Assembly: GCA_016200345.1 (NCBI GenBank)
Contig: JACQEX010000074.1
Span: 671 to 64,670 of the forward strand
Source: Nitrospinota bacterium
GTDB taxonomy: Bacteria; Nitrospinota_A; UBA7883; JACRGQ01
DNA: 64,000 bases
Reading direction: 5' to 3'
This document shows, one piece after another, positions 22,187 through 30,154 of this stretch. The notes under the pieces are model-generated. The model ran no database searches, was not told where the DNA came from, and was given only the letters and a program-made list of their open reading frames with translations. The first letter of the stretch is position 1, and every line of letters starts with the position of its first letter. The translations under genes were made by a program, and so were the position numbers.

Positions 22187-24058
22187 TTAGAGATCCATCT
22201 CGAAGGAGATTATCCCCTCGTTCAGTTTGGTGGTCACCTTCAGCCCGCTGTTGAAGAAAACTTTCTGCATCGGCTTGTTTTCCGCAAGCACCTCGGCCGT
22301 AAACCCCGTAAGTCCGTTGCGCCTTGCTATCGTCGCCAGGTGGGACATCAAAAACGAGCCGACGCCCTTTTTTTGCCATGCGTCGGCCACCGTGAACGCG
22401 ACCTCGGCGCGGTTTGTTTTCTTGTCCAGATAATATGCCCCGACGGAGATTATCTCCTCCCCCGCCGCCGTTGGAAGCGTGCCGACGATGGAGACCGCGT
22501 TCCAATGGTCGATGTACACGAAGTTTTGCACCTGCGATCTCGGTATGGACTTCAACTGCGACATATACCTGTAGTACACGGTCTGCTTTGAAAGGTTGTA
22601 AAAAAGGTCGCGCATTCTCGGCTCGTCCGTGGGGTGGATTGCGCGGAAATTAATCTGGGTTCCGTCGTTCAACAGCATGGTGGCGCGAAGCTCCTTCGGC
22701 CCTATCTGGAACTTCCCCTCGACGTCCTTAAGCTCGGGCCTTAAATATTTTTCCTTTATCGCCTGCTCTATAAGCTCGGCGCGAAACTTCGGGTGCGCCA
22801 CACTTATCAACGCCAGCGTGCGCTCCTGCACGCTTTTGCCGTGGAGGTAGGCCACGCCAAATTCCGTTACAACGTAGTGCACGTCTCCCCTTGTTGTCAC
22901 GACGCCGGCGCCGGGCGTCAGCGTGCAGGTGATGCGCGAAATCGTGTCCCCTTTCGCCGTGGCCGGAAGCGCGATAATCGCCTTGCCCCTGGGCGCGCGG
23001 GCGGCCCCGCGGTTGAAATCCACCTGCCCGCCGATGCCGGAGTAAAACTCCGAGCCGAGCGAATCGGCGCAAACCTGCCCGGTGAGGTCCACCTGCAGGG
23101 CGGTGTTGATGGCCACCATTTTGTTTTGCCTTGATATCAACGTGGTGTCGTTCACGTATTCCGTCGGGTGGAACGAGAACACCGGGTTGTTGTCCACAAA
23201 ATCGTAAAGCTCCTGCGTGCCGAAACAGAAGCTTGCCACGACCTTTCCCTTGTCCAGCGTTTTATACGCGCCCGTGACGGCGCCGGATTTGATTAGTTCC
23301 ATCATGGAGTCCGTCACCATTTCGGTGTGGATGCCGAGGTCGCGCTTTCCCTTTAGCGACATCGCGACGGAGTGCGGGATTTTGCCGATGCCAAGCTCTA
23401 TCGTGGAGCCGTCCTCGACTAGGGAGGAGACGAACTCGCCAATTTTTTGCGAGACCTCGGTGGCCTTTACGTCCGGCATTTCTATAAGCGGCTCCTCGCA
23501 CGGAACCAGAACGTCAATGTCAAAGATGTTTATGAACGAATCGCCGAGCGTACGCGGCATGTTGGGGTTGACCTGGGCTATGACCGTCGTCGCGTTTTCC
23601 GCCGCGCTCTTTACAATGTCCACCGCCACGCCAAAACTGCACATTCCGTCCTCGTCCGGCGGGCCTACCTGTATAAGCGCCGTGTGAAGCGGAAGCCTGC
23701 CGGAGGCGAAAAGTCGCGGGATATCCGAAAGGAAAATGGGAGTGTAGCTTCCAAACCCCTCTCGAATCATCTCGCGCACCGTGTTGCCTATGTAAAAGGC
23801 GTTTACGGTGAAGGTGCCGGCGTATTTTTTATCCGCGTATGGCGCGTCCCCTATCGAAAGAAGCTGTACTATCTCGATGTCCGCAAGCTCGCCGGCCCGC
23901 GCCGTCAGCGCGCGGACAAGGCCCTGCGGCTCCGAACAGCCGCTACCGATGAAAACCCTCTGCCCCGAGTGGATTTTTTTAACAGCCTCGTACTGGGTCA
24001 TAAATAGCGAGGCGTATTTTGTCTTCCAGTTGGGGTCGAATTTCTTTTTTACGTCCAT
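22187..24058 (-). CDS. acetyl-CoA hydrolase/CoA-transferase family domain fused to a C-terminal Pat-like GNAT acetyltransferase
   Basis: The N-terminal ~430 aa fit the acetyl-CoA hydrolase/transferase fold (…GSGCSEPQGLV… / …GIGGQVDF…). The C-terminal ~180 aa fit GNAT (…AWQKKGVGSFLMSHLATIARRNGL…AEVLAENKPMQKVF…). Confidence 0.75.
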   Translation of the reverse strand: MDVKKKFDPNWKTKYASLFMTQYEAVKKIHSGQRVFIGSGCSEPQGLVRALTARAGELADIEIVQLLSIGDAPYADKKYAGTFTVNAFYIGNTVREMIREGFGSYTPIFLSDIPRLFASGRLPLHTALIQVGPPDEDGMCSFGVAVDIVKSAAENATTVIAQVNPNMPRTLGDSFINIFDIDVLVPCEEPLIEMPDVKATEVSQKIGEFVSSLVEDGSTIELGIGKIPHSVAMSLKGKRDLGIHTEMVTDSMMELIKSGAVTGAYKTLDKGKVVASFCFGTQELYDFVDNNPVFSFHPTEYVNDTTLISRQNKMVAINTALQVDLTGQVCADSLGSEFYSGIGGQVDFNRGAARAPRGKAIIALPATAKGDTISRITCTLTPGAGVVTTRGDVHYVVTEFGVAYLHGKSVQERTLALISVAHPKFRAELIEQAIKEKYLRPELKDVEGKFQIGPKELRATMLLNDGTQINFRAIHPTDEPRMRDLFYNLSKQTVYYRYMSQLKSIPRSQVQNFVYIDHWNAVSIVGTLPTAAGEEIISVGAYYLDKKTNRAEVAFTVADAWQKKGVGSFLMSHLATIARRNGLTGFTAEVLAENKPMQKVFFNSGLKVTTKLNEGIISFEMDL

Positions 24059-24062
24059 GGCG

Positions 24063-26165
24063 TTATTTGACCTCCCTTAGGGTGATTCTCGTGTCCGCCA
24101 CAACCGCGTCCTGCCCCGCCTCGCCGACCATAAAGGGGTTTATGTCCAACTCCGCCACCTGCGGGAACTCCGTGGCAAGCTGGCTGATGCGTTGCAACCC
24201 GTCGGCGATTGCCGAAAGGTTCACCCCGCTCTGTCCCCTGGCCCCTTTCAGCAGTTGGTACGAGCGGGTTGCCGTGAGCATTTGCATCGCCTCATCAGCC
24301 GTGATGGGGGCGAGGTGGAAGGCTACGTCCTTCATGACCTCGACAAAAATTCCGCCGAGTCCGAACATGAGCATGGGGCCGAACTGCGGGTCGCGGTTCA
24401 TGCCAAGAATTACCTCAAGCCCCTTTTTCGCCATCTTTTCCACGTAAACCCCCTCTATCCGCGCCTCCGGCGCCTTTTGGGGAATGCGCATCATCATCAG
24501 CTCAAACGCGTCGCGCACCATGTCGGCGGTGGTCAGGTTGAGCTTGACACCGCCTATGTCGGATTTATGGATTATGTCGGGCGACGAAATTTTTAGCGCC
24601 ACCGGATACCCAACCCTCTCCGCAATTTCCAACGCGTCATTCAAAGTCACGGCCAGCCTTCCGTCCGGCACGTTGAAACCGTACGCCCTTAGCATCTCCT
24701 TGGCCTGCACCTCGCCCACCTGCATTCTTCCGGTTTTCAGATGACGGGCCAACACGCGTTGAACCCTCGTGCTGTTCACCGGGAAGCGCGTAACCATTCG
24801 CGGCGGCCTGCGCCTCCATTCGGAATACTCGCACATCGCCTTCAAAGCCGAGACAGCTCGCTCCGGCGCGGTGTAGTCCGGAATTCTTGCAATAGTAAGC
24901 TCGTTCCTTCCCGGCATGACCTCCGTACCGCCCATGAACGAGACCAGCACCGGTTTTGTTATCCCCTCTTTAACGCACTTCGCAACCGCTTGTGCCGTCT
25001 CCGCCGGACGGGTCATCGCCTGCGGGGTAAGGATTACAAGAATTCCGTCCACGGCCTCGTCCGCCTCGGCCGTCTTAAGGGCCAGCACGTACCTGTCCGG
25101 ATCCGCGTCACCCAAAACGTCTATGGGGTTTCCCACGCTTGCCGCTGGGGGAAGTTTGCTTTTCAATTCCTCCGCCGTTTTATCCGTCAGCTTGGCGACA
25201 AGCATGCCGGAGTTCTCAAGCGCGTCCGCCGCCATGATGCCCGGCCCGCCCGCGTTGGTGATGACGGCGATTCTCCTTCCGTTGGGAAGGGGTTGCATGT
25301 CCAGCGCTATCGCGCAGTCGAACAACGCCTCGAAGGTTTTGGCTCGAACCACGCCGGATCTTTTAAATGCCGCCCCATAGGCCGTGTCGGCCCCGGCCAG
25401 ACTGCCGGTGTGCGACGATGCGGCCTTGACCCCTGCGGCGGATGTTCCCGCCTTTAACACCACCACCGGTTTGACGGCGGAGGCCTCCTCGGCGGCGCGG
25501 ATGAAATCCTTGCCGGAGTCAATGCTTTCGAGGTAGCAGACGATGACCTTGGTTTTTTCGTCCTTCTGAAGCGTCTTCAAAAGGTCAATTTCGTTTAGAT
25601 CCGCCTTGTTTCCGATGCTGAGCATTTTCCCGATGCCAAGTTTGCGCGACTCCGCCCAGTCCAATATCGCGGTGCAAAGCGCGCCCGACTGCGAAATTAC
25701 GGAGATGCTCCCCTCAATCGGCGTTTGACGCGCAAAAGAGACGTTCAATTTGTGATGGGTGTTTATGGCGCCAAGGCAGTTCGGCCCAAGCAGTCTTACC
25801 CCGGAGGCCTTGCAGTGGTTGGCAATTAGGGTCTCCAACTCCGCCCCCTCGTGCCCCGTTTCCTTAAACCCGGCGGTTATGACGATTATCGCCTTCGCTC
25901 CGGCGCTGACGGAATCGAACACCGCCCCCTTCACCGCCGCCGTAGGAACGGCAATGACGCTAAGGGCGATTTTTTGAGGTAGTGATTTTAAATCTTTAAA
26001 CGCTGGCACGCCCAAAATAACCGGGGAACCGGGATTTACCGGGAAAATTTTCCCTTGGTAACCGCCGTCCATGAGGTTTTTAAGAACGGCGTACCCCACC
26101 TTGCCCGGCGTGTTAGAAGCCCCTACGATTGCGACCGAATCTGGATATAAAAGCTCGTCAAGCAT
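24063..26165 (-). CDS. acetate/acyl-CoA ligase (ADP-forming), fused alpha-beta subunits
   Basis: CoA-binding VAIVGAS…, SHTGSLAG phosphohistidine loop, C-terminal ATP-grasp domain. Stops 4 nt before the CoA-transferase::GNAT gene. Confidence 0.85.
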   Translation of the reverse strand: MLDELLYPDSVAIVGASNTPGKVGYAVLKNLMDGGYQGKIFPVNPGSPVILGVPAFKDLKSLPQKIALSVIAVPTAAVKGAVFDSVSAGAKAIIVITAGFKETGHEGAELETLIANHCKASGVRLLGPNCLGAINTHHKLNVSFARQTPIEGSISVISQSGALCTAILDWAESRKLGIGKMLSIGNKADLNEIDLLKTLQKDEKTKVIVCYLESIDSGKDFIRAAEEASAVKPVVVLKAGTSAAGVKAASSHTGSLAGADTAYGAAFKRSGVVRAKTFEALFDCAIALDMQPLPNGRRIAVITNAGGPGIMAADALENSGMLVAKLTDKTAEELKSKLPPAASVGNPIDVLGDADPDRYVLALKTAEADEAVDGILVILTPQAMTRPAETAQAVAKCVKEGITKPVLVSFMGGTEVMPGRNELTIARIPDYTAPERAVSALKAMCEYSEWRRRPPRMVTRFPVNSTRVQRVLARHLKTGRMQVGEVQAKEMLRAYGFNVPDGRLAVTLNDALEIAERVGYPVALKISSPDIIHKSDIGGVKLNLTTADMVRDAFELMMMRIPQKAPEARIEGVYVEKMAKKGLEVILGMNRDPQFGPMLMFGLGGIFVEVMKDVAFHLAPITADEAMQMLTATRSYQLLKGARGQSGVNLSAIADGLQRISQLATEFPQVAELDINPFMVGEAGQDAVVADTRITLREVK

Positions 26166-26268
26166 TCCGCGAACTCCTGTCTTTGAAAACCACCAATTTA
26201 TGAATCGACAAGTTGATTTTATATCAATTACGCTCGGTTTACCACAGAATCAAACGCACCAAGAAAAA

Positions 26269-26997
26269 TCAGACGCGATAATGTTTGTCTAAAAATTCCT
26301 TTGTCGGGTAGCCGGAACGCCCCACGGCGTCAATAAGCGCCTGCTTGTCAAGCTCCACTTGGTGGTGTTTGACGGAGACCCCTCCCCTATCGGCCGTCAC
26401 CACGGCAAAATCTGCGCGCGCAAATATTACGGGCGGACTGCCGTTGAAAAACTCCTTGAAAGGAGCCCCCACGCTTCCGGGGTTCAGCAGAAGGGTCCCG
26501 TTAAGCTTGCGCGACCATTGAAGATGCGTATGGCCGATCGCAATCATCGAAAGCCCGGAGCAGTCAAAAAACGATTTAATTTTTTCGTCGTCCGCCTCGG
26601 AAAGAACGTTGTCGGTGTTGTTGTGTGCGGAGCCGTGGTAAAAACGCAGTGTGTGGCCCGAGTCCTTGATTGTAATTTCAGGCGAAAAATTTCTGATGAA
26701 TTCCTTGTCGTCCTTGGACAATTGCTCCCTGCACCAGTCAATCCCCTGAATAATCGGCGGGAAAGAGGTGTATTCGACCACCTTATGCGGGGATAAAATA
26801 AAGTCGTCGTGGTTGCCCATGACGCATTTGATGGACTGGTCGCGCAACAACGCCAAAACCCCGCGCGGATCCGGGCCGAGGGTCGCCACGTCGCCAAGGC
26901 AGATTACGGAGTCGGCCCCCTCTTTTTTGATTACGCGCAGGGTCTCCTCAAGGGCGATTAAGTTCCCGTGCAAATCAGATATTATCGCGATACGCAA
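26269..26997 (-). CDS. metallophosphoesterase (calcineurin-like phosphoesterase)
   Basis: MRIAIISDLHGN…, GDVATLGPDP, GNHD and GHTH motifs. Confidence 0.8.
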   Translation of the reverse strand: MRIAIISDLHGNLIALEETLRVIKKEGADSVICLGDVATLGPDPRGVLALLRDQSIKCVMGNHDDFILSPHKVVEYTSFPPIIQGIDWCREQLSKDDKEFIRNFSPEITIKDSGHTLRFYHGSAHNNTDNVLSEADDEKIKSFFDCSGLSMIAIGHTHLQWSRKLNGTLLLNPGSVGAPFKEFFNGSPPVIFARADFAVVTADRGGVSVKHHQVELDKQALIDAVGRSGYPTKEFLDKHYRV

Positions 26998-27090
26998 ATC
27001 GTCACCATGTGTCGAGTATATCCTTTGAGGTCAGGCAGATTCAAGTTTTGGAGGCCGATAAACTATAAAAAATGGCATAATTGAAAAAAC

Positions 27091-27120
27091 TTGATTTTTC
27101 GCTATTCTTTCGCTTATAAT
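27091..27120 (+). promoter_or_regulatory. sigma-70-type promoter of lexA with embedded direct repeat
   Basis: TTGATT-N18-TATAAT. The -10 ends 7 nt before the lexA ATG (leaderless or near-leaderless). The spacer carries TTTCGCT-N4-TTTCGCT, a candidate operator. Confidence 0.4.
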
Positions 27121-27127
27121 TCAACCC

Positions 27128-27736
27128 ATGATAGTGACAAAGAGACAAAAGGAAATTTTGGATTTCGTAAACGTTTTTAAGGAAAAACGCGGATATGCGC
27201 CGAGCATAAACGAAATTGGCGGCCAGTTTAAAATCAGCTCCCCCGCCACCGTTCACCAGCACCTAAAAAACCTTCAGGAAAAGGGGCTTATAAGGCGGTC
27301 ACCAAGCCGACATCGGTCAATCGAGGTGATTCCTTCGCAAGGGGCGGAACACAACGGAATTTATGTGCCGGTGTTGGGCGAGATTGCCGCCGGGTACCCG
27401 ATAGAGTCGTACGCGGAGCCGGACGTAATGACCATGCCGCGCGAGTTGGGGGCGGACGAGGAGTGCTATCTTTTGAGGGTGCGCGGTGATTCGATGATAG
27501 AGGACCATATTTTGGACGGCGATTTGGTGCTTGTCCGAAAATCAATGACGGCCAAACCGGGCCAGACGATAGTTGCGCTGATAGACGGGCGCGAGGCGAC
27601 GCTGAAAAAATATTTTGTGGAAGGCGGTCGAATCCGCCTGGAGCCGGCCAACTCAACGATGCAACCGCTCTATTTCGAGCCTGTGCGTGTGCGGATACAG
27701 GGCACCGTCGTCGGCGTGATAAGAAAATATTCTTAG
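27128..27736 (+). CDS. lexA: LexA repressor
   Basis: N-terminal winged HTH; S24 peptidase core GDSMIEDHILDGDLVLV with the cleavage-site region. Confidence 0.9.
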   Translation: MIVTKRQKEILDFVNVFKEKRGYAPSINEIGGQFKISSPATVHQHLKNLQEKGLIRRSPSRHRSIEVIPSQGAEHNGIYVPVLGEIAAGYPIESYAEPDVMTMPRELGADEECYLLRVRGDSMIEDHILDGDLVLVRKSMTAKPGQTIVALIDGREATLKKYFVEGGRIRLEPANSTMQPLYFEPVRVRIQGTVVGVIRKYS

Positions 27737-27740
27737 CCAC

Positions 27741-27864
27741 TGGTAGCAACGGGATTCATCCTGTTGTTGCGCCCGTAGGGCGCAAGGCAGGCTAAAGCCC
27801 GCCGCCACCAATTCGTGTTGGTGCATGCACCGCCCGTAAAGGAGGTGCTGGGACACCACACTAG
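27741..27864. repeat. family 1 repeat, copy 2 (A-B in direct order)
   Basis: tggtagcaacgggattcatcctgtt…gcgcccgtagggcgc…gccacca followed by attcgtgttggtgcatgcacc…ctgggacaccacactag. Starts 5 nt after the lexA stop, 75 nt before tRNA-Val. Confidence 0.6.
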
Positions 27865-27938
27865 ACATTTAAATTGGTAAATATTCTTGGCCTATTTTCT
27901 GACATTTTCAGGATATAATCCCCCTTCTTTTGAGAGTC

Positions 27939-28014
27939 CGGGCGAATAGCTCAGTTGGTAGAGCGCCAGCCTTACAAGCTGGATGCCACAGGTTCGAGCC
28001 CTGTTTCGCCCACC
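27939..28014 (+). tRNA. tRNA-Val (anticodon TAC), CCA encoded
   Basis: GGGCGAA acceptor stem, D-arm TAGCTCAGTTGGTAGAGCG, anticodon stem-loop CCAGC-CTTACAA-GCTGG, T-arm GGTTCGAGCCC, 3' CCA. A TATAAT box lies about 20 nt upstream. Confidence 0.85.
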
Positions 28015-28318
28015 AAATAAACAAAACAATCCCTCCGGGCATTGTTTTGTTTATTTCATCGGTTTGCGACAGGGCTCGAAAGCAAACTCCCGGAGCGAGC
28101 CGGCGAGCTCAAACGGACAGGACGTCCGTTTAGGGAGTTTGTCGGGCCTGATGGAGCAACAACAGGATGTTGTTGCGAGAGCAGGCGACCCTGTTTCGCC
28201 CACCAAATAAACAAAACAATCCCTCCGGGCATTGTTTTGTTTATTTCGTCGGTTTGCGACAGGGCTCGAAAGCAAACTCCCGGAGCGAGCCGGCGAGCTC
28301 AAACGGACAGGACGTCCG
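27998..28318 (+). repeat. two 131-nt direct repeats (27998-28128 and 28188-28318, 1 mismatch) separated by 59 nt
   Basis: Each unit comprises the last 17 nt of tRNA-Val (ccctgtttcgcccacca), the terminator hairpin, and ~70 nt downstream. The second unit carries only the tRNA 3' fragment. Confidence 0.8.
28015..28056 (+). terminator. rho-independent terminator after tRNA-Val
   Basis: aaacaaaacaatccctccgggcattgttttgttt hairpin followed by a T-rich tail. An identical copy lies at about 28205-28246. Confidence 0.6.
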
Positions 28319-28404
28319 TCCCGGCCTCTGACACAAGATTTAATACATCACCGACGATGCTGACCAATTTGACTATTTCTATCGGGGCGCATATCATTTT
28401 CTTT

Positions 28405-29127
28405 ATGAAAAACATACTAAACAAATTGCGCGGAAAGAACCTCAGGATTTTTCTATTTTCAGTTTTTTTTGTAGTGGCGCATTCACCAATTGAAACCTAT
28501 GCCGCAGACACTACAAAAATTGGCCCTGCGGAAAAGGTTGCAAACTCTTACGACTCCTTGACTATAATCACGATCTTTGCAATTTTTCTTGCACCTGTAA
28601 TAGCTATACAGGCGCAGGTGTACCTTGAGCAAAAACGGGAGAAAAAACGAGGCAAGGCACAAGTATTTATTACGTTAATGGCAACTAGGGCCACACCAAC
28701 ATCTGCCGCATCGGTTGAGGCATTAAACCGCATAGACATCGCTTTCCATAAGGACAAAAAAATTAAAGATGCATGGCGAGCCTTGCTTGATGTTTACGAC
28801 AATTTTCCAAAAGATATTAACGACGGCGATTATTCTCGCAAACTACAGTTGAGCAACGAAAAGGCCGTGGAAGAGCGCATAAATTTATTATATGAAATGG
28901 CACAGTCGTTAAAATTTGATTTTGACAAGGTTCATCTGAAGAGAGCGTGTTACTACCCTGCAGGACATAATTTCCTTGAAAATGAGCAGAGCATAATCAG
29001 AGGAGGCCTGGCACAAATTTTGACGGGCAACAAGGCATTCCCAATTTTTCTTGTAAATCCAACCAATCAACCTCCTGCGGAAGGCCATAACGAAAAAGGC
29101 CCAAAAGAAATAGCCAACAAGTCATGA
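28405..29127 (+). CDS. hypothetical secreted/membrane protein
   Basis: Signal-peptide-like N-terminus MKNILNKLRGKNLRIFLFSVFFVVAHSPIETYA, one further TM helix, Lys-rich linker. Low-GC gene. The upstream part of listed ORF 28042.. runs across the tRNA duplicate and terminators and is discounted. Confidence 0.5.
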   Translation: MKNILNKLRGKNLRIFLFSVFFVVAHSPIETYAADTTKIGPAEKVANSYDSLTIITIFAIFLAPVIAIQAQVYLEQKREKKRGKAQVFITLMATRATPTSAASVEALNRIDIAFHKDKKIKDAWRALLDVYDNFPKDINDGDYSRKLQLSNEKAVEERINLLYEMAQSLKFDFDKVHLKRACYYPAGHNFLENEQSIIRGGLAQILTGNKAFPIFLVNPTNQPPAEGHNEKGPKEIANKS

Positions 29128-29412
29128 ATTTTTACTTCTTGAGACAGTTGCTGGTTTCTCCTCGTAAGTAAATGGCCAGTAATAGCATGACGAATGACGA
29201 GTTGGTGAATCTGCTCGGCAAGGCGGCCAAGAAGTTTCAAGGGGATTCGACGACGCTTTAAAGTGCCATAGGAATGCTTGTCCTTGGCGGTCATGTGGAC
29301 TGGCGAGTAAATTTACTAATTTGCGACAAATATGCAACAGCATCTGCCCTGTTTCTCCCGCCAAATTCAAGCCGAATTTGACTATTTTTCGGGATGCGCA
29401 TATCATCACGTC

Positions 29413-29718
29413 ATGGACGCGCTGGTTGAAAGAGTGACGAAAAAAATTGCGGAGAAGATACACCCGGACAAAATTATTTTGTTCGGGTCACGCGCAAAAG
29501 GCACGGCCACCGAGGAAAGCGATATTGATTTAGTCGTTGTCTATTCTGGCCCCAAGTCCGTCCGAGAAGTGGAAGTTGAAATTGACTGGCTTTTTATGCC
29601 GAGGGATTTTTCAATGGACGTCATCGTCATTAATCCGCAATATTTGGAGAAGTACAAAAGGATTGCAAATACCCTTGCCCGCGAGTTGGCTGAGAAAGGG
29701 GTCGTTTGTTATGGATGA
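29413..29718 (+). CDS. nucleotidyltransferase (MNT) antitoxin-like protein of a HEPN/MNT pair
   Basis: ILFGSRAKGTATEESDIDLVVV is the NTP_transf_2 signature. Listed ORF starts at 29332; the ~101-aa product from the ATG at 29413 (MDALVERV…) is more typical. Confidence 0.7.
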   Translation: MDALVERVTKKIAEKIHPDKIILFGSRAKGTATEESDIDLVVVYSGPKSVREVEVEIDWLFMPRDFSMDVIVINPQYLEKYKRIANTLARELAEKGVVCYG

Positions 29719-30034
29719 GGACAAGCGGATTACTGTTGGACATTGGTTGACCAAAGCGGAGAATGACATGGAAATGGCGCAACGCGCATTAGAGTGGGCG
29801 CCTATTATTACCGATATGGCCTGTTTCCACGCCCAGCAGTGCGCCGAAAAATCATTAAAGGCCTTTCTCGTTTTTATGGACAGCCACGTTGACCAAATCC
29901 ATGACTTGGGCAAACTGGTTGGAAAGTGCGACGTCCTCGACCCCTCATTTTCTAACCTACATCCTCTGGTTGCAGGCATGACGCGATACGCCGTCAAAGA
30001 CCGCTATACCGATGATTGGCGGGAAATCCTTTGA
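29711..30034 (+). CDS. HEPN-domain protein, C-terminally truncated by a 19-bp tandem duplication
   Basis: ATG overlaps the MNT stop (ATGGATGA). HEPN-like helices (…AQQCAEKSLKAFLVF…). The duplication of gattggcgggaaatccttt (30014-30032 / 30033-30051) creates TGA at 30032-30034. Without it the frame runs to 30125. Confidence 0.65.
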   Translation: MDEDKRITVGHWLTKAENDMEMAQRALEWAPIITDMACFHAQQCAEKSLKAFLVFMDSHVDQIHDLGKLVGKCDVLDPSFSNLHPLVAGMTRYAVKDRYTDDWREIL

Positions 30035-30154
30035 TTGGCGGGAAATCCTTTTGGATGAAGCTCGGGAGGCCGTGTATAAAGCTGAAAAAGTTATGTCTTT
30101 CGTTAAAGGGAAAATAGAATTTTAACGGCATGGGGATGCGGTGAGGGACGAAAA

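Noticed and set aside
27895-27940. Integrase or other mobility gene associated with the tRNA-Val duplication
   Set aside because: None found within the window on either side. The only tyrosine recombinase (57793..58680) has the housekeeping XerD signature and lies 30 kb away.
28042-28404. N-terminal 121 codons of listed ORF 28042..29127
   Set aside because: Runs through the duplicated tRNA 3' fragment, two terminator hairpins and the direct repeats. The real protein most likely begins at the signal-peptide ATG at 28405.
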